Of a stretch of DNA of 64,000 nt, positions 10,956 through 21,286 are shown piece by piece. The stretch comes from a virus (Duplodnaviria; Heunggongvirae; Uroviricota; Caudoviricetes), in the IMG/VR virus record IMGVR_UViG_2721755710_000007, positions 11,410 to 75,409 of that record; one strand, 5' to 3'. Position numbers and translations under genes: made by a program. Every line of letters starts with the position of its first letter. The stretch's first letter is position 1. A model generated the notes under the pieces. That model did not search any database. It was not told where the DNA came from and saw nothing but the letters and a program-made list of their open reading frames with translations.

Positions 10956-12887
10956 TTATGCGTATTGTTGGATGACGGCCAGAACGTCCGCCACGTTGTG
11001 TTTTGTCTCGATAATCCACCAGTTGCCCGGGAAATCGCTGTTCTTCGCCTTCGCTGGCAGCCAGCGAGCGCCGAATTTTTCCTTGATTGCGTCTTTAGCA
11101 CGGAAAAGAACGCCTTTCATGCCGGACGCCTCCTGAAGCCCAAATACCTCACCAGCGGCGAATTTTGGTGCGTACATCATCTTCAGGTCGGCGGTGGATA
11201 CGCGATAATTCAGACCAAGAGACTGAGCTATGCTGGTGGCATCACCCTGTATTGATGATAACTCTTCTTGTTTCTCGTTTCTGGCGGCAATTTCTTCCTC
11301 CGTGATGTTGCCTAGGGCCAGGTTTATCCGATCAGCGTCGGCCTGTTTCTCTTCATCGGTGCGCCCGGCAAGAACCGTGTTAATTCTCTGCAATATCTCA
11401 ACATGATTCTTGCGCATGCTAAGCAATTCCGGCGTAACCTCGTTAAGGTCCACCAGCCCAAGGATGGCAAGGTCGGAAAACATTGATACCAGGTTGTAGG
11501 TCATGCGATAGCTGAGTTGCCCATAGGCTGATGGCAACTGCACCGCATCCATTTGATAGGCATCCATAAATTTAGAGCCGTCGTTTACGACATCCGCAAT
11601 TGCCGGTGTGATTTTCCCTGTGGTGGCGGCCTCCCTGATTGCTGTTACCCACGATTGAGTCAGCGCGGCGACTGCATGATTCAGATTGGCTTTCCGTTCT
11701 GCTGCAATACGCGCGCTTGCAGCGTCCATTGCCTGCTTGATCTCGTCTTTATTGCTGTAAATGCCAATGGTGCCAAACTGTGCTGTGGTGATCTCATAAT
11801 CTGACGCCCGGAACTCATGGGTACCGAAAATGGCATTGGTGACCTCAAGTTCAGAATCCCCGTTACGAGTAGCCCCCTGGCTTGTTTTCTCCGGCATTCT
11901 GGCGATCGCATCCGCTATTGTCTCCTGAATTGCTTCAGGGGATAGCGTATCTCCGTATGACGCGATTACTTCGCCATAATTGGAGCCAAACAGTTCAGTC
12001 AGGAATACTTCTGCCAAACGGACCTGGCGGTTATTCCCTTCCGACATCATACCAAGCACCCATTTTGCAATTGACGACTTCAGCGCGCCGTCACGGCGAT
12101 CCGGGTAAACCGCATGCTTCAGTGGGTCCGTATAGGTACCAACAAAATCAATGCTATAGCCTGACTCTGTAGTCTGAACGCCGTATGAGTCAGTGATTTT
12201 GATCATGCCGCGCTGCTGGAAACGGTAGAAATCGTCACAGGAAATGATGTCGTTAATCCCGGCGATGGAGACGCCACCACTGATTTTCTGCATAACAGCA
12301 TCTTCATCGGGAGTTACATCCACCTGTTTATCCAGCGTCTTCACATCCCAGTTACCCGATTTGGTGCCTTTGAAGGTAAAGATGATCTCCACGTCTGCGC
12401 GCTGGCTGTCGAAGTCCAGCGACTTAATGCGAACGATATCACCGGCACAATCGTAGTATTGGCCTACACGCCATGAGCGATCGCCGATAACAAGGAACTC
12501 ATTCGCATGGTTAACCAGATCAGGATCAACATCCAGAATGCCTTTATTTATTGCATCCTCCACCAGCGGGCGCAGGCGTTTGATATCCGTCGCGGCCTTC
12601 TGAGTACGGTTCAATAATTTCTCATAGCGGGAGATGGCTTGAGTGATATTAGCCTTGCGCTGAATGGCGCTTTTCAACGACGCGCGATAATGTGCTAACA
12701 ACGTACGGTCTGTGTGATGGACGCTACCCCAGCGGGCCTTCCAGTCTGCATTATCAGCTGCTTTGGCCATTAACTGGAGTGCCATCAGTACCAAGAACAG
12801 GAGCACCTCCCACGCTAATAGACTGGCCCCCTGAATCTCACCGTTCTGAAACCACAACAAAAAAACATCAGGAATAAAAAACACCAC
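10956..12887 (-). CDS. hypothetical large protein (up to 643 aa), first gene of operon; true start probably internal (Met codon at 12785 or 12770)
   Basis: Long ORF; codons 17-23 are encoded by an IS2 IRL remnant so the annotated N-terminus is doubtful; no Walker or methyltransferase motifs seen. Confidence 0.5.
   Translation of the reverse strand: MVFFIPDVFLLWFQNGEIQGASLLAWEVLLFLVLMALQLMAKAADNADWKARWGSVHHTDRTLLAHYRASLKSAIQRKANITQAISRYEKLLNRTQKAATDIKRLRPLVEDAINKGILDVDPDLVNHANEFLVIGDRSWRVGQYYDCAGDIVRIKSLDFDSQRADVEIIFTFKGTKSGNWDVKTLDKQVDVTPDEDAVMQKISGGVSIAGINDIISCDDFYRFQQRGMIKITDSYGVQTTESGYSIDFVGTYTDPLKHAVYPDRRDGALKSSIAKWVLGMMSEGNNRQVRLAEVFLTELFGSNYGEVIASYGDTLSPEAIQETIADAIARMPEKTSQGATRNGDSELEVTNAIFGTHEFRASDYEITTAQFGTIGIYSNKDEIKQAMDAASARIAAERKANLNHAVAALTQSWVTAIREAATTGKITPAIADVVNDGSKFMDAYQMDAVQLPSAYGQLSYRMTYNLVSMFSDLAILGLVDLNEVTPELLSMRKNHVEILQRINTVLAGRTDEEKQADADRINLALGNITEEEIAARNEKQEELSSIQGDATSIAQSLGLNYRVSTADLKMMYAPKFAAGEVFGLQEASGMKGVLFRAKDAIKEKFGARWLPAKAKNSDFPGNWWIIETKHNVADVLAVIQQYA
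12819..12839 (+). mobile_element. 21-bp IS2 left inverted repeat remnant
   Basis: TAGACTGGCCCCCTGAATCTC identical to the IRL of the intact IS2 at 19645; similarity stops after 21 bp. Confidence 0.6.
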
Positions 12888-13385
12888 ACAAACACAGCAC
12901 TGTACCCCCCCTCATAACTGAAAAGCGCCGCCGCCCCCGCCCGAAGGGCGGGAACAACATCGCTTTTAATTATGAATGTTGTAAGTACATTGTCATCGCT
13001 GTCAGTCTTCTGGCTGGAAGTCCTCAGTACACGCTCGTAAGCGGCCCTCACGGCCCGCTAACGCGGAGATACGCCCCGACTTCGGGTAAACCCTCGTCGG
13101 GACCACTCCGACCGCGCATAAAGGCTCTGTCATGGCTGAAAACGGGTATGGCTTAGCAGGGCCGGGGGTGGGTAAGGTGAAATCTATCAGTCAGTACCGG
13201 CTTACGCCGGGCTTCGGCGGTTTTACTCCGGTATCATATGAAACAACAGAGTGCCGCCTTCCATGCCGCTGGCGCGGCATCAGGACAACTGAAGAGTGAC
13301 GGCGCACATTAACATCAAACAGACTTGTTAAGCAGTCTTTCAGGGTGTAATCTGAAGACCTGTTAAATAGTCTCAGAGGTGTGTT

Positions 13386-13637
13386 ATGCCCAGTATCATT
13401 TTGTCTGACACCAGTGCAAGCGTCAGTGAGCTGAAAAAAAATCCGATGGCAACTGTCAGTGCCGGAGAGGGGTATCCTGTTGCCATTCTTAACCGGAATC
13501 AGCCAGCATTCTACTGTGTCCCTGCTGAGCTCTATGAAAGAATGCTTGATGCCTTGGATGACCAGGAGCTGGTAAAACTGGTTACTGAACGCAGCAGTCA
13601 GCCTCTGCATGATGTGGACCTGGACAGTTATTTATGA
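13386..13637 (+). CDS. stbD: StbD/RelB-like antitoxin
   Basis: 83-aa ORF overlapping the toxin start by 4 bp. Confidence 0.75.
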   Translation: MPSIILSDTSASVSELKKNPMATVSAGEGYPVAILNRNQPAFYCVPAELYERMLDALDDQELVKLVTERSSQPLHDVDLDSYL

Positions 13638-13921
13638 CTTATACAGTAAAATTCCGGGATGATGCACTGAAAGAATGGCTCAGACTGGACAAGACCATTC
13701 AGCAGCAGTTCGCAAAAAAACTGAAAAAATGCAGTGAAAATCCTCATATAGCTTCTGCAAAACTACGTGGATTAAAGGACTGCTATAAAATCAAACTTCG
13801 CGCATCAGGTTTTCGTCTGGTTTATCAGGTTATTGATGATATGTTAATTATTGCGGTCGTCGCAGTAGGTAAACGTGAACGCAGCAACGTTTATCATCTC
13901 GCCAGTGAACGGATGAAATAA
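13634..13921 (+). CDS. stbE: RelE/StbE-family toxin (mRNA interferase)
   Basis: 95 aa; ...LRGLKDCYKIKLRASGFRLVYQVIDD...VGKRERSNVY closely resembles recalled E. coli RelE. Confidence 0.8.
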   Translation: MTYTVKFRDDALKEWLRLDKTIQQQFAKKLKKCSENPHIASAKLRGLKDCYKIKLRASGFRLVYQVIDDMLIIAVVAVGKRERSNVYHLASERMK

Positions 13922-14780
13922 TATCCTGGTCAGCACTCTTTCTTACCTGCTTCCATTTTTTCAGTGATTCTTTTCCTGCATGCAGAAAAAAAGCCTACCC
14001 TGTGGGCAGGCATAACAGACAATCGCACAGTCAGTGTTGAAATTAATGATGTCACGCATTATACCCGGTGGATACACAAACCATCCCTGCAAATGCATTG
14101 GCATCCTAATCAACGTCTGAAACAACTGCAATGGCCGGATCTGTGATTTCAGAGAAAGTTATTATGTTTATTGAATATAACCGAAGTGATAAATAAAAGT
14201 ATTATCACCTTTAATATTTATGCTTATTGCGTGGTTTTATCTGGTTATATAAAGCACAGATGTTCTTATTATTTTCTGAAAAATAACCATATGGATCGAT
14301 TTCCCCCACCCAGCCGAAGCGGTTCGGCTCGTTCGGCGTGTCGTCGACACTGAAGCGCTTATCCATTTCGTTCCAGCGGTAAGAGTTGTCGCTGTCGCTG
14401 ACGAATGCCATCGGGTCGCTAAACAGCGTGATCCGCCATGCGATCAAAAAGCGTAAGTGTTTCCGACAGACGAGCCGGTGAAAAAAGTGGTGTGTCTGGC
14501 AATACAGGCATCGTCCCCGAAATGGACGATGCCGTTGAAGGACTGGGGTATGGCAATAAGCCGCTTTATTATCGGATTCAGTGACCGCCTGGACGGTTAC
14601 TTTTGAGAAAAGGCATTTACACACAATCCTAAACAGACTCCTATATTTCAGATTTTGTTATCAACGCATTTCAAATCTCTTAGAAATCATTACTGTCGTC
14701 ATATTTTCCGAGGCAGCTCACCACCTAACTATGTTTTATCAACAATATTTTGTGAAGGATATTTATAATGTAAAGACACA

Positions 14781-17700
14781 TCAGAAACGATATTCCACAC
14801 TCAACATGGCAGATGTATTATGGTATCCATGTTCTCCAAGTTGAATGCCTGCATCAGCCCGGAATGCTACTTCTGGTGTTATCATTCCCACAACACCACC
14901 ATTTATTTCTCCGATATCACGCGCACCATCCTGGTATATACTTACACCATTCATACTGGTGCCGAAAACACGACTATTGTGCAACCAGTGTGCCTCCACA
15001 AATGGTCTGAACGGAACCGCATACCGCGTATTTTTACCGTTTTTGCTGGTAAGCCATGTTCTTGCTCCCAGGCGGGTGAGAATATTTCCGTTACCGGTAT
15101 TTTCAATACTGGTTCCGTTACTTTCATGATATTTGTCTGATTTTACATTCATCCGGACAACCTGAAGCTGCGGCTGAACATACCATTCATGACTTCCCTT
15201 GTAATTGTCGGTAAACTCTCCAGCCTTCCATGAATATCCTGCTTCCAGAGATACCGTAAACCCTTTTGACTTCCATGACTCAGCAGGCAGCCGTTCTCCA
15301 TTTATATGATTATCAAACCAGCTGTATTGCAGCCAGCTATCAAGATAAGAACCATTGTGTGTTTCATCATTGGCATACCATGTTGCATAAAGACCCGCTG
15401 TGTATCCATTCATTCTTCCTTCCGAATGGTATCCGGTGCTCAGGGCATTCGTACTGTTATTATTATGACCATAGCCAGCCATCATACCTGTATGCCAGCG
15501 ATCGGTACCATTCAGGCTCCACTGAGCTATATCTCCCCCTATTAACACAACGTAGCTATTCCCCCGGGTTCTCAGCTGACTACTGTTGTCACGCCAGCGA
15601 TTATGTTTTCCTTTATTATACATCCAGATACCTGCTTCATTTTCTTCTCCTGTCATGTGGCTGATATACAACTCCTGTCCCTGTCGTTCATACAGATTCG
15701 TTACAAACAGATTATTTGCAGCAGCAATACTGGCAACATAGCTACCTGCCTCAGGACGCAAATTATTATCATGGTTTTCCGGTACAGCTTCAGGTTGTGG
15801 TACAGGAATGTCTTTTCTGCTAATCAGATACCAGTTAGTGCTGTTAATCCCCTGACCACGTTTCAGTATGTAATCATAAGCTCCGGCTGTAATACGTTCC
15901 GTCTGAATGAATTCAGCATTATCAGCATTGCCACTGACGTGAATCACTTCAATCCCATTAAGTGTCTCTGCACCAGTACCACCGGCCTGAGTAACAGCGA
16001 CACGGGTACGGCCACTGGCATTACCTTTAATCACCAGACGATCTGTTTTCGAATTGTCACCACCTGTTTCTGTCTGGAGGAGAATAAGTCCATTTCTGCC
16101 AGTGTAATTCCCTCCGACAGTCAGTATATTACCCGGCATATATGTAGTGAGATCGACTATACCACTATTGCTCAGATTTCCTGCAACGCCCCCAAACCCG
16201 GAGAGTTTGCCCTGCTCTTCAACAATGACCTGGTTACTGCCGAGCATCACCGGTGAATCTGCGTTCCCCAGTATCACTGTCCCCTGAATAATATCTGTCA
16301 TCCCGGTCCATTTTGCGTTATCGCTAATGTTCAGTGCACCTGCTCCCGTCTTGCGAACATTACCATAACCACTGATATTGTTGGTAAGCTGCCATGCTGA
16401 TGTACTGTTCAGAGTTAATGTGCCATAGTTATCAACAAAGGCTGTCCCCAGATTATCAGCCGTGGATACAGCCAAATGAGCCCCCTTATTCACGGTAAAA
16501 ACACCGGAAAAATTACGATTATTACCCGTTATATCAAGCATTCCCCCATTTATGTTCAGAGAACCATCCCCTGCAATAGTACCTGCAGATTCTCCTCCAT
16601 TATTCAGTATCAGGCTTCCGCCATGAATGTTCAGCACAGAGCCTGCAGCCGTCAGTAGTTTGCTTATTGTCTGAGGATACCCATTCATATCCAGTTCTGC
16701 GCCACGGGATAAATATAAATACTCAGTCCGACCAAGAGCATCAGGTGCAGCAAGAATTAATACGCCAGATTTAACCTCTGTATTTCCTGTATAATTGTTT
16801 GTTGCAGAAAGTATAAGAGTACCATTACCTGATTTTGTCAGACTTTTGCCGTCCCAGCCATCATATAATAAAGGTGAAAGATTATCGGAAAGAGAAACAC
16901 CTATGTTCAGAGTGGCATCTTTTTCTATATTAAAGGTTCCATATCCCATGCCTTTTGTATTATTCCATCTCAGCATGGAGATCAGTTTGTTATCGTCGTC
17001 ATTTAAAGACGTATAAACATAACTTTCAGCACCTTCTGTCAGTAATACATTGTATTGTACAATGTGACTATTATCAGCGATCGAGATACCTGTGTCTGAC
17101 GACAATAATGTGTAATAGTCCTGAGTCCAGTTCTTAATTGATGTGTCTATATTAAGCCATGAATCACTTTTTAATGTAATAGTATTTGCGTGAACATTAG
17201 CATTTCCTACAGACAGGTTCATAGATGCGTCTTCATCAATACTTATATTTCCGTTAAAAATGGAGTTCTTGCCTGACAGATAAACAGATGAGCCATTCCC
17301 AATCATTAGCCCACCATTAATTGCTGTTGCGTTATTGATGTTTTTAATAATTAATTCATTTGTACCATTAACAGGTATACTAGCTAGTTTAATATCACCA
17401 TTAATCACAGAATCTGAATAAATATCTAATGAATTATACCCGCCAGAAAAAATTATTGATGTATTATAAGCATCTTTTTGGCTATTATATAATCCTGAAA
17501 GATTACCATGATTATTAATATGGATATCTTCTCCATAAACAGAGCAACCACCGTCGGGGCCATATCCCCCCTGAACAATACCGTTATTATTCAAAGTGAT
17601 TTGATTTCCAGAAATAGCATCTCCCCCTTGTTTTATTCCATATCCTCCAGATATCATGTTGTCGTTAGTAATGAAAAGATTACTACCATTAATACCATCA

Positions 17701-18278
17701 CCACCGTTTACGCCATTACCGCCCAATATTCCTCCGGAATTATGCACTGTAATATTGCTACCGGTTACACCGGAACCACCTGTCCCACCTACATCATCAC
17801 CTCCGTATATACTTCTGTAATTATCAACTATAATATCATCCCCGCTTAACCCTGCACCTCCGCTACTTCCTGAGCCACCAAGACCATTACCCCCATATAC
17901 ATTTCTGTAATTGTTTATAGATATTTTGTTGCCACTAACAGCAATTCCACCATTATATCCATCTCCTCCCCAAACACTACCATTATTATTTAGCGTAAAG
18001 TTTTCACCGTAGACACCTGCACCACCGATTGATGTATTGCTTGTTCCTCCTTTGATGTTAATACTGCTTTCAACAGATAGTATATTTTGAGTATAACTTG
18101 TTTTATACGGCACGCTGATATTAAGCGCCGCGTTTCCATCAACACCTGTAATACTCCTGGTTATACTTTTAGGTATACCATTACCATTCAGTTGTATTGT
18201 TTGCGCACCAGAAAAATGAGACTGCACAGAATAAATTATACTGACCAGAAATTGTAAAATTCGTATATTCTTATTCAT
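14781..18278 (-). CDS. autotransporter adhesin (AIDA-I/TibA/Ag43-like)
   Basis: 1165 aa; signal peptide, glycine-rich ~19-aa passenger repeats, C-terminal beta-barrel ending ...SVEYRF; AT-rich. Confidence 0.75.
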   Translation of the reverse strand: MNKNIRILQFLVSIIYSVQSHFSGAQTIQLNGNGIPKSITRSITGVDGNAALNISVPYKTSYTQNILSVESSINIKGGTSNTSIGGAGVYGENFTLNNNGSVWGGDGYNGGIAVSGNKISINNYRNVYGGNGLGGSGSSGGAGLSGDDIIVDNYRSIYGGDDVGGTGGSGVTGSNITVHNSGGILGGNGVNGGDGINGSNLFITNDNMISGGYGIKQGGDAISGNQITLNNNGIVQGGYGPDGGCSVYGEDIHINNHGNLSGLYNSQKDAYNTSIIFSGGYNSLDIYSDSVINGDIKLASIPVNGTNELIIKNINNATAINGGLMIGNGSSVYLSGKNSIFNGNISIDEDASMNLSVGNANVHANTITLKSDSWLNIDTSIKNWTQDYYTLLSSDTGISIADNSHIVQYNVLLTEGAESYVYTSLNDDDNKLISMLRWNNTKGMGYGTFNIEKDATLNIGVSLSDNLSPLLYDGWDGKSLTKSGNGTLILSATNNYTGNTEVKSGVLILAAPDALGRTEYLYLSRGAELDMNGYPQTISKLLTAAGSVLNIHGGSLILNNGGESAGTIAGDGSLNINGGMLDITGNNRNFSGVFTVNKGAHLAVSTADNLGTAFVDNYGTLTLNSTSAWQLTNNISGYGNVRKTGAGALNISDNAKWTGMTDIIQGTVILGNADSPVMLGSNQVIVEEQGKLSGFGGVAGNLSNSGIVDLTTYMPGNILTVGGNYTGRNGLILLQTETGGDNSKTDRLVIKGNASGRTRVAVTQAGGTGAETLNGIEVIHVSGNADNAEFIQTERITAGAYDYILKRGQGINSTNWYLISRKDIPVPQPEAVPENHDNNLRPEAGSYVASIAAANNLFVTNLYERQGQELYISHMTGEENEAGIWMYNKGKHNRWRDNSSQLRTRGNSYVVLIGGDIAQWSLNGTDRWHTGMMAGYGHNNNSTNALSTGYHSEGRMNGYTAGLYATWYANDETHNGSYLDSWLQYSWFDNHINGERLPAESWKSKGFTVSLEAGYSWKAGEFTDNYKGSHEWYVQPQLQVVRMNVKSDKYHESNGTSIENTGNGNILTRLGARTWLTSKNGKNTRYAVPFRPFVEAHWLHNSRVFGTSMNGVSIYQDGARDIGEINGGVVGMITPEVAFRADAGIQLGEHGYHNTSAMLSVEYRF

Positions 18279-18325
18279 ACTGTTTTTTCTTTAGTGATGC
18301 ATTTTTTATCAACCTGGATTTGCCC

Positions 18326-19231
18326 CTATATTTCCAGACACCTGTTATCACTTAACCCATTACTGGCTTGCTGCCGTAGATATTCCCGTGGCGAGCGATA
18401 ACCCAGTGCACTATGCGGATGCCATTCGTTATAATGCTCGAATGCCTCTGCAAGGTTCTTTGCTGCCGTTAACCCGTCTGGTTTGGGCATGACACTGATG
18501 TAGTCACGCTTTATCGTTTTCACGAAGCTCTCTGCTATGCCGTTACTCTCCGGACTCCGCACCGCCGTGTTCTTCGGTTCAAGCCCCAACATCCGGGCAA
18601 ACTGCCGTGTTTCATTAGCCCGGTAGCATGAACCATTATCCGTCAGCCACTCTACTGGAGACGCCGGAAGCTCGTTGCCGAAACGGCGTTCCACCGCTCC
18701 CAGCATGACGTCCTGTACTGTTTCACTGTTGAAGCCGCCCGTAGTGACCGCCCAGTGCAGTGCCTCACGGTCACAGCAGTCCAGCGCGAACGTGACTCGC
18801 AGTTTTTCTCCGTTATCACAGCGGAACTCGAACCCGTCAGAGCACCATCGCTGATTACTTTCTTTCACAGCCACTCTGCCGGTATGTGCCCGTTTCGATG
18901 GCGGTACAGCGGGTTTTCGCTCAAGCAACAGCGCATTCTGGCGCATGATCCGGTAAATACGTTTGGCATTGATCGCAGGCATACCATCAAGTTCGGCCTG
19001 TCTGCGAAGCAGCGCCCATACCCGACGATAACCATACGTGGGCAGCTCTCCGATAACATGGTGTATACGGAGAAGCACATCCGTATCATCTGAGTGACGG
19101 CTGCGGCGACCATCTTTCCAGTCATCGGTTCGTCTGAGAATTACGTGCAACTGCGCACGCGACACCCGGAGACAACGGCTGACTAAGCTTACTCCCCATC
19201 CCCGGGCAATAAGGGCGCGTGCGCTATCCAC
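18326..19231 (-). CDS. insD: IS2 OrfB transposase
   Basis: 301-aa IS3-family integrase-core ORF. Confidence 0.9.
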
Positions 19232-19554
19232 TTTTTTGCACGCCCGTATTCAACGGCTTCTTTAAGGAGTTCATTTTCCATCGTTTTTTTGCCGAGCAGG
19301 CGCTGGAGTTCTTTAATCTGCTTCATGGCAGCAGCAAGTTCAGAGGCAGGAACGACCTGCTCTCCTGCGGCCACAGCAGTAAGACTTCCCTCCTGGTATT
19401 GCTTGCGCCAGAGAAATAACTGGCTGGCTGCCACACCGTGTTGCCGGGCAACAAGGGAGACCGTCATTCCCGGTTCAAAACTCTGCTGAACAATAGCGAT
19501 CTTTTCCTGTGTAGTACGCCGTCTGCGTTTCTCCGGTCCTAAGACATCAATCAT
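19189..19554 (-). CDS. insC: IS2 OrfA
   Basis: Starts [24 protein letters not shown]; overlaps OrfB as in IS3-family frameshift arrangement. Confidence 0.85.
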
Positions 19555-19759
19555 CTGCTCTCCAATGACTAGTCTAAAAACTAGTATTAAGACTATCACT
19601 TATTTAAGTGATATTGGTTGTCTGGAGATTCAGGGGGCCAGTCTAATTTATTATAGAGTATATATATGTACTGCGTTTAAATCATGAAGACGACAACCTG
19701 TTTTACATAAATTATTCCTAAGTATTTTTCCAGAGAAGACCTAGGTATAATGATGTGCA

Positions 19760-20527
19760 GGTAATGACTCCAACTTATTGATAGTGTTTTATGTTCAGAT
19801 AATGCCCGATGACTTTGTCATGCAGCTCCACCGATTTTGAGAACGACAGCGACTTCCGTCCCAGCCGTGCCAGGTGCTGCCTCAGATTCAGGTTATGCCG
19901 CTCAATTCGCTGCGTATATCGCTTGCTGATTACGTGCAGCTTTCCCTTCAGGCGGGATTCATACAGCGGCCAGCCATCCGTCATCCATATCACCACGTCA
20001 AAGGGTGACAGCAGGCTCATAAGACGCCCCAGCGTCGCCATAGTGCGTTCACCGAATACGTGCGCAACAACCGTCTTCCGGAGACTGTCATACGCGTAAA
20101 ACAGCCAGCGCTGGCGCGATTTAGCCCCGACATAGCCCCACTGTTCGTCCATTTCCGCGCAGACGATGACGTCACTGCCCGGCTGTATGCGCGAGGTTAC
20201 CGACTGCGGCCTGAGTTTTTTAAGTGACGTAAAATCGTGTTGAGGCCAACGCCCATAATGCGGGCAGTTGCCCGGCATCCAACGCCATTCATGGCCATAT
20301 CAATGATTTTCTGGTGCGTACCGGGTTGAGAAGCGGTGTAAGTGAACTGCAGTTGCCATGTTTTACGGCAGTGAGAGCAGAGATAGCGCTGATGTCCGGC
20401 GGTGCTTTTGCCGTTACGCACCACCCCGTCAGTAGCTGAACAGGAGGGACAGCTGATAGAAACAGAAGCCACTGGAGCACCTCAAAAACACCATCATACA
20501 CTAAATCAGTAAGTTGGCAGCATCACC
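19760..20527 (-). mobile_element. IS1 copy 2
   Basis: 768 bp identical in ORF content to copy 1 (insB 19775-20278, insA 20197-20472); no 9-bp duplication. Confidence 0.95.
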
Positions 20528-20563
20528 CTTAAGAAGATCGCCCTGAAATTCATCAAATAATCC

Positions 20564-21286
20564 TTAGCGGCGTTTACCAGACAGTTCCGCAGCAATATAA
20601 GCCTGCACGCTTTTGTACTGTTTTACCTTTTCGATAAACTCATCGGGACTGTAAGCACCTTTTACACGACGGGATACGTTAAGTGTTTTCTTAACCCGTT
20701 CGATATACATGTTGAGACTTCGAATAATATTGTGCGCCATTACGTTGTAATCGCTAACCGGTAATTGACCCAGAGAGTTGAATTTGTACATCTGGGTCAG
20801 AAGGTTGTTCATTTCAAAGATGTGCTTATAAAAACGCATTGTATTTTGATTGTTGAAGTTTAACTGGACCGATTCAAATCGGAACGGAGAAAACTCAGTT
20901 GATGAGAAGAATGGATCACTTTCATCAACGTGAATAGTGGCGATATGATGTTCCAGATTCTCCTTCATTAAATTATTTTCGTCGTGCAATTCATTAAACC
21001 AGTCCTGAATTGCCTGCACCAATTCGGGGTGCCTTACCGCATTAACCGTCCTGAATAATGATGAAATAGCAATACTTACATCATCAAAGCCTCTAATTAC
21101 GGAACGATTCCGAGCCGTAAGGAAACGGTTAAAATCGGGAGTACCTGGCTTAATGGTTACTGTGGCCATGCCGTAAAGTTCATTTTTACTTTGCACGACT
21201 TTTCGGGTATTGTCAGATGCCTGAGAGGTGCGGGCATTTACATCAGGAGTTTTCTGCTCGGTTTCATTTATTGATACGTCGGTCAT
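20564..21286 (-). CDS. hypothetical 240-aa protein, second gene of two-gene operon
   Basis: ORF; start overlaps upstream gene stop by 4 bp; no recognised motif. Confidence 0.5.
   Translation of the reverse strand: MTDVSINETEQKTPDVNARTSQASDNTRKVVQSKNELYGMATVTIKPGTPDFNRFLTARNRSVIRGFDDVSIAISSLFRTVNAVRHPELVQAIQDWFNELHDENNLMKENLEHHIATIHVDESDPFFSSTEFSPFRFESVQLNFNNQNTMRFYKHIFEMNNLLTQMYKFNSLGQLPVSDYNVMAHNIIRSLNMYIERVKKTLNVSRRVKGAYSPDEFIEKVKQYKSVQAYIAAELSGKRR

Larger units (their letters stand above)
18315..19645 (-). mobile_element. IS2 (1331 bp)
   Basis: IRR TGGATTTGCCCCTATATTTCCAGACA at 18315; IRL reverse complement at 19621-19645; flanks caacc / attta are not a 5-bp duplication. Confidence 0.9.

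Noticed and set aside
10956-12887. The 643-aa protein as the Mod subunit of a type III restriction system
   Set aside because: Size and position fit P1 mod, but no DPPY/NPPY or FxGxG methyltransferase motifs are visible and no adjacent Res-like helicase exists.
15266-17849. Several + strand ORFs of 60-217 aa (e.g. 15603-16256, 17508-17849)
   Set aside because: Antisense to the 1165-aa autotransporter gene; low-complexity translations typical of repeat-region shadow ORFs.
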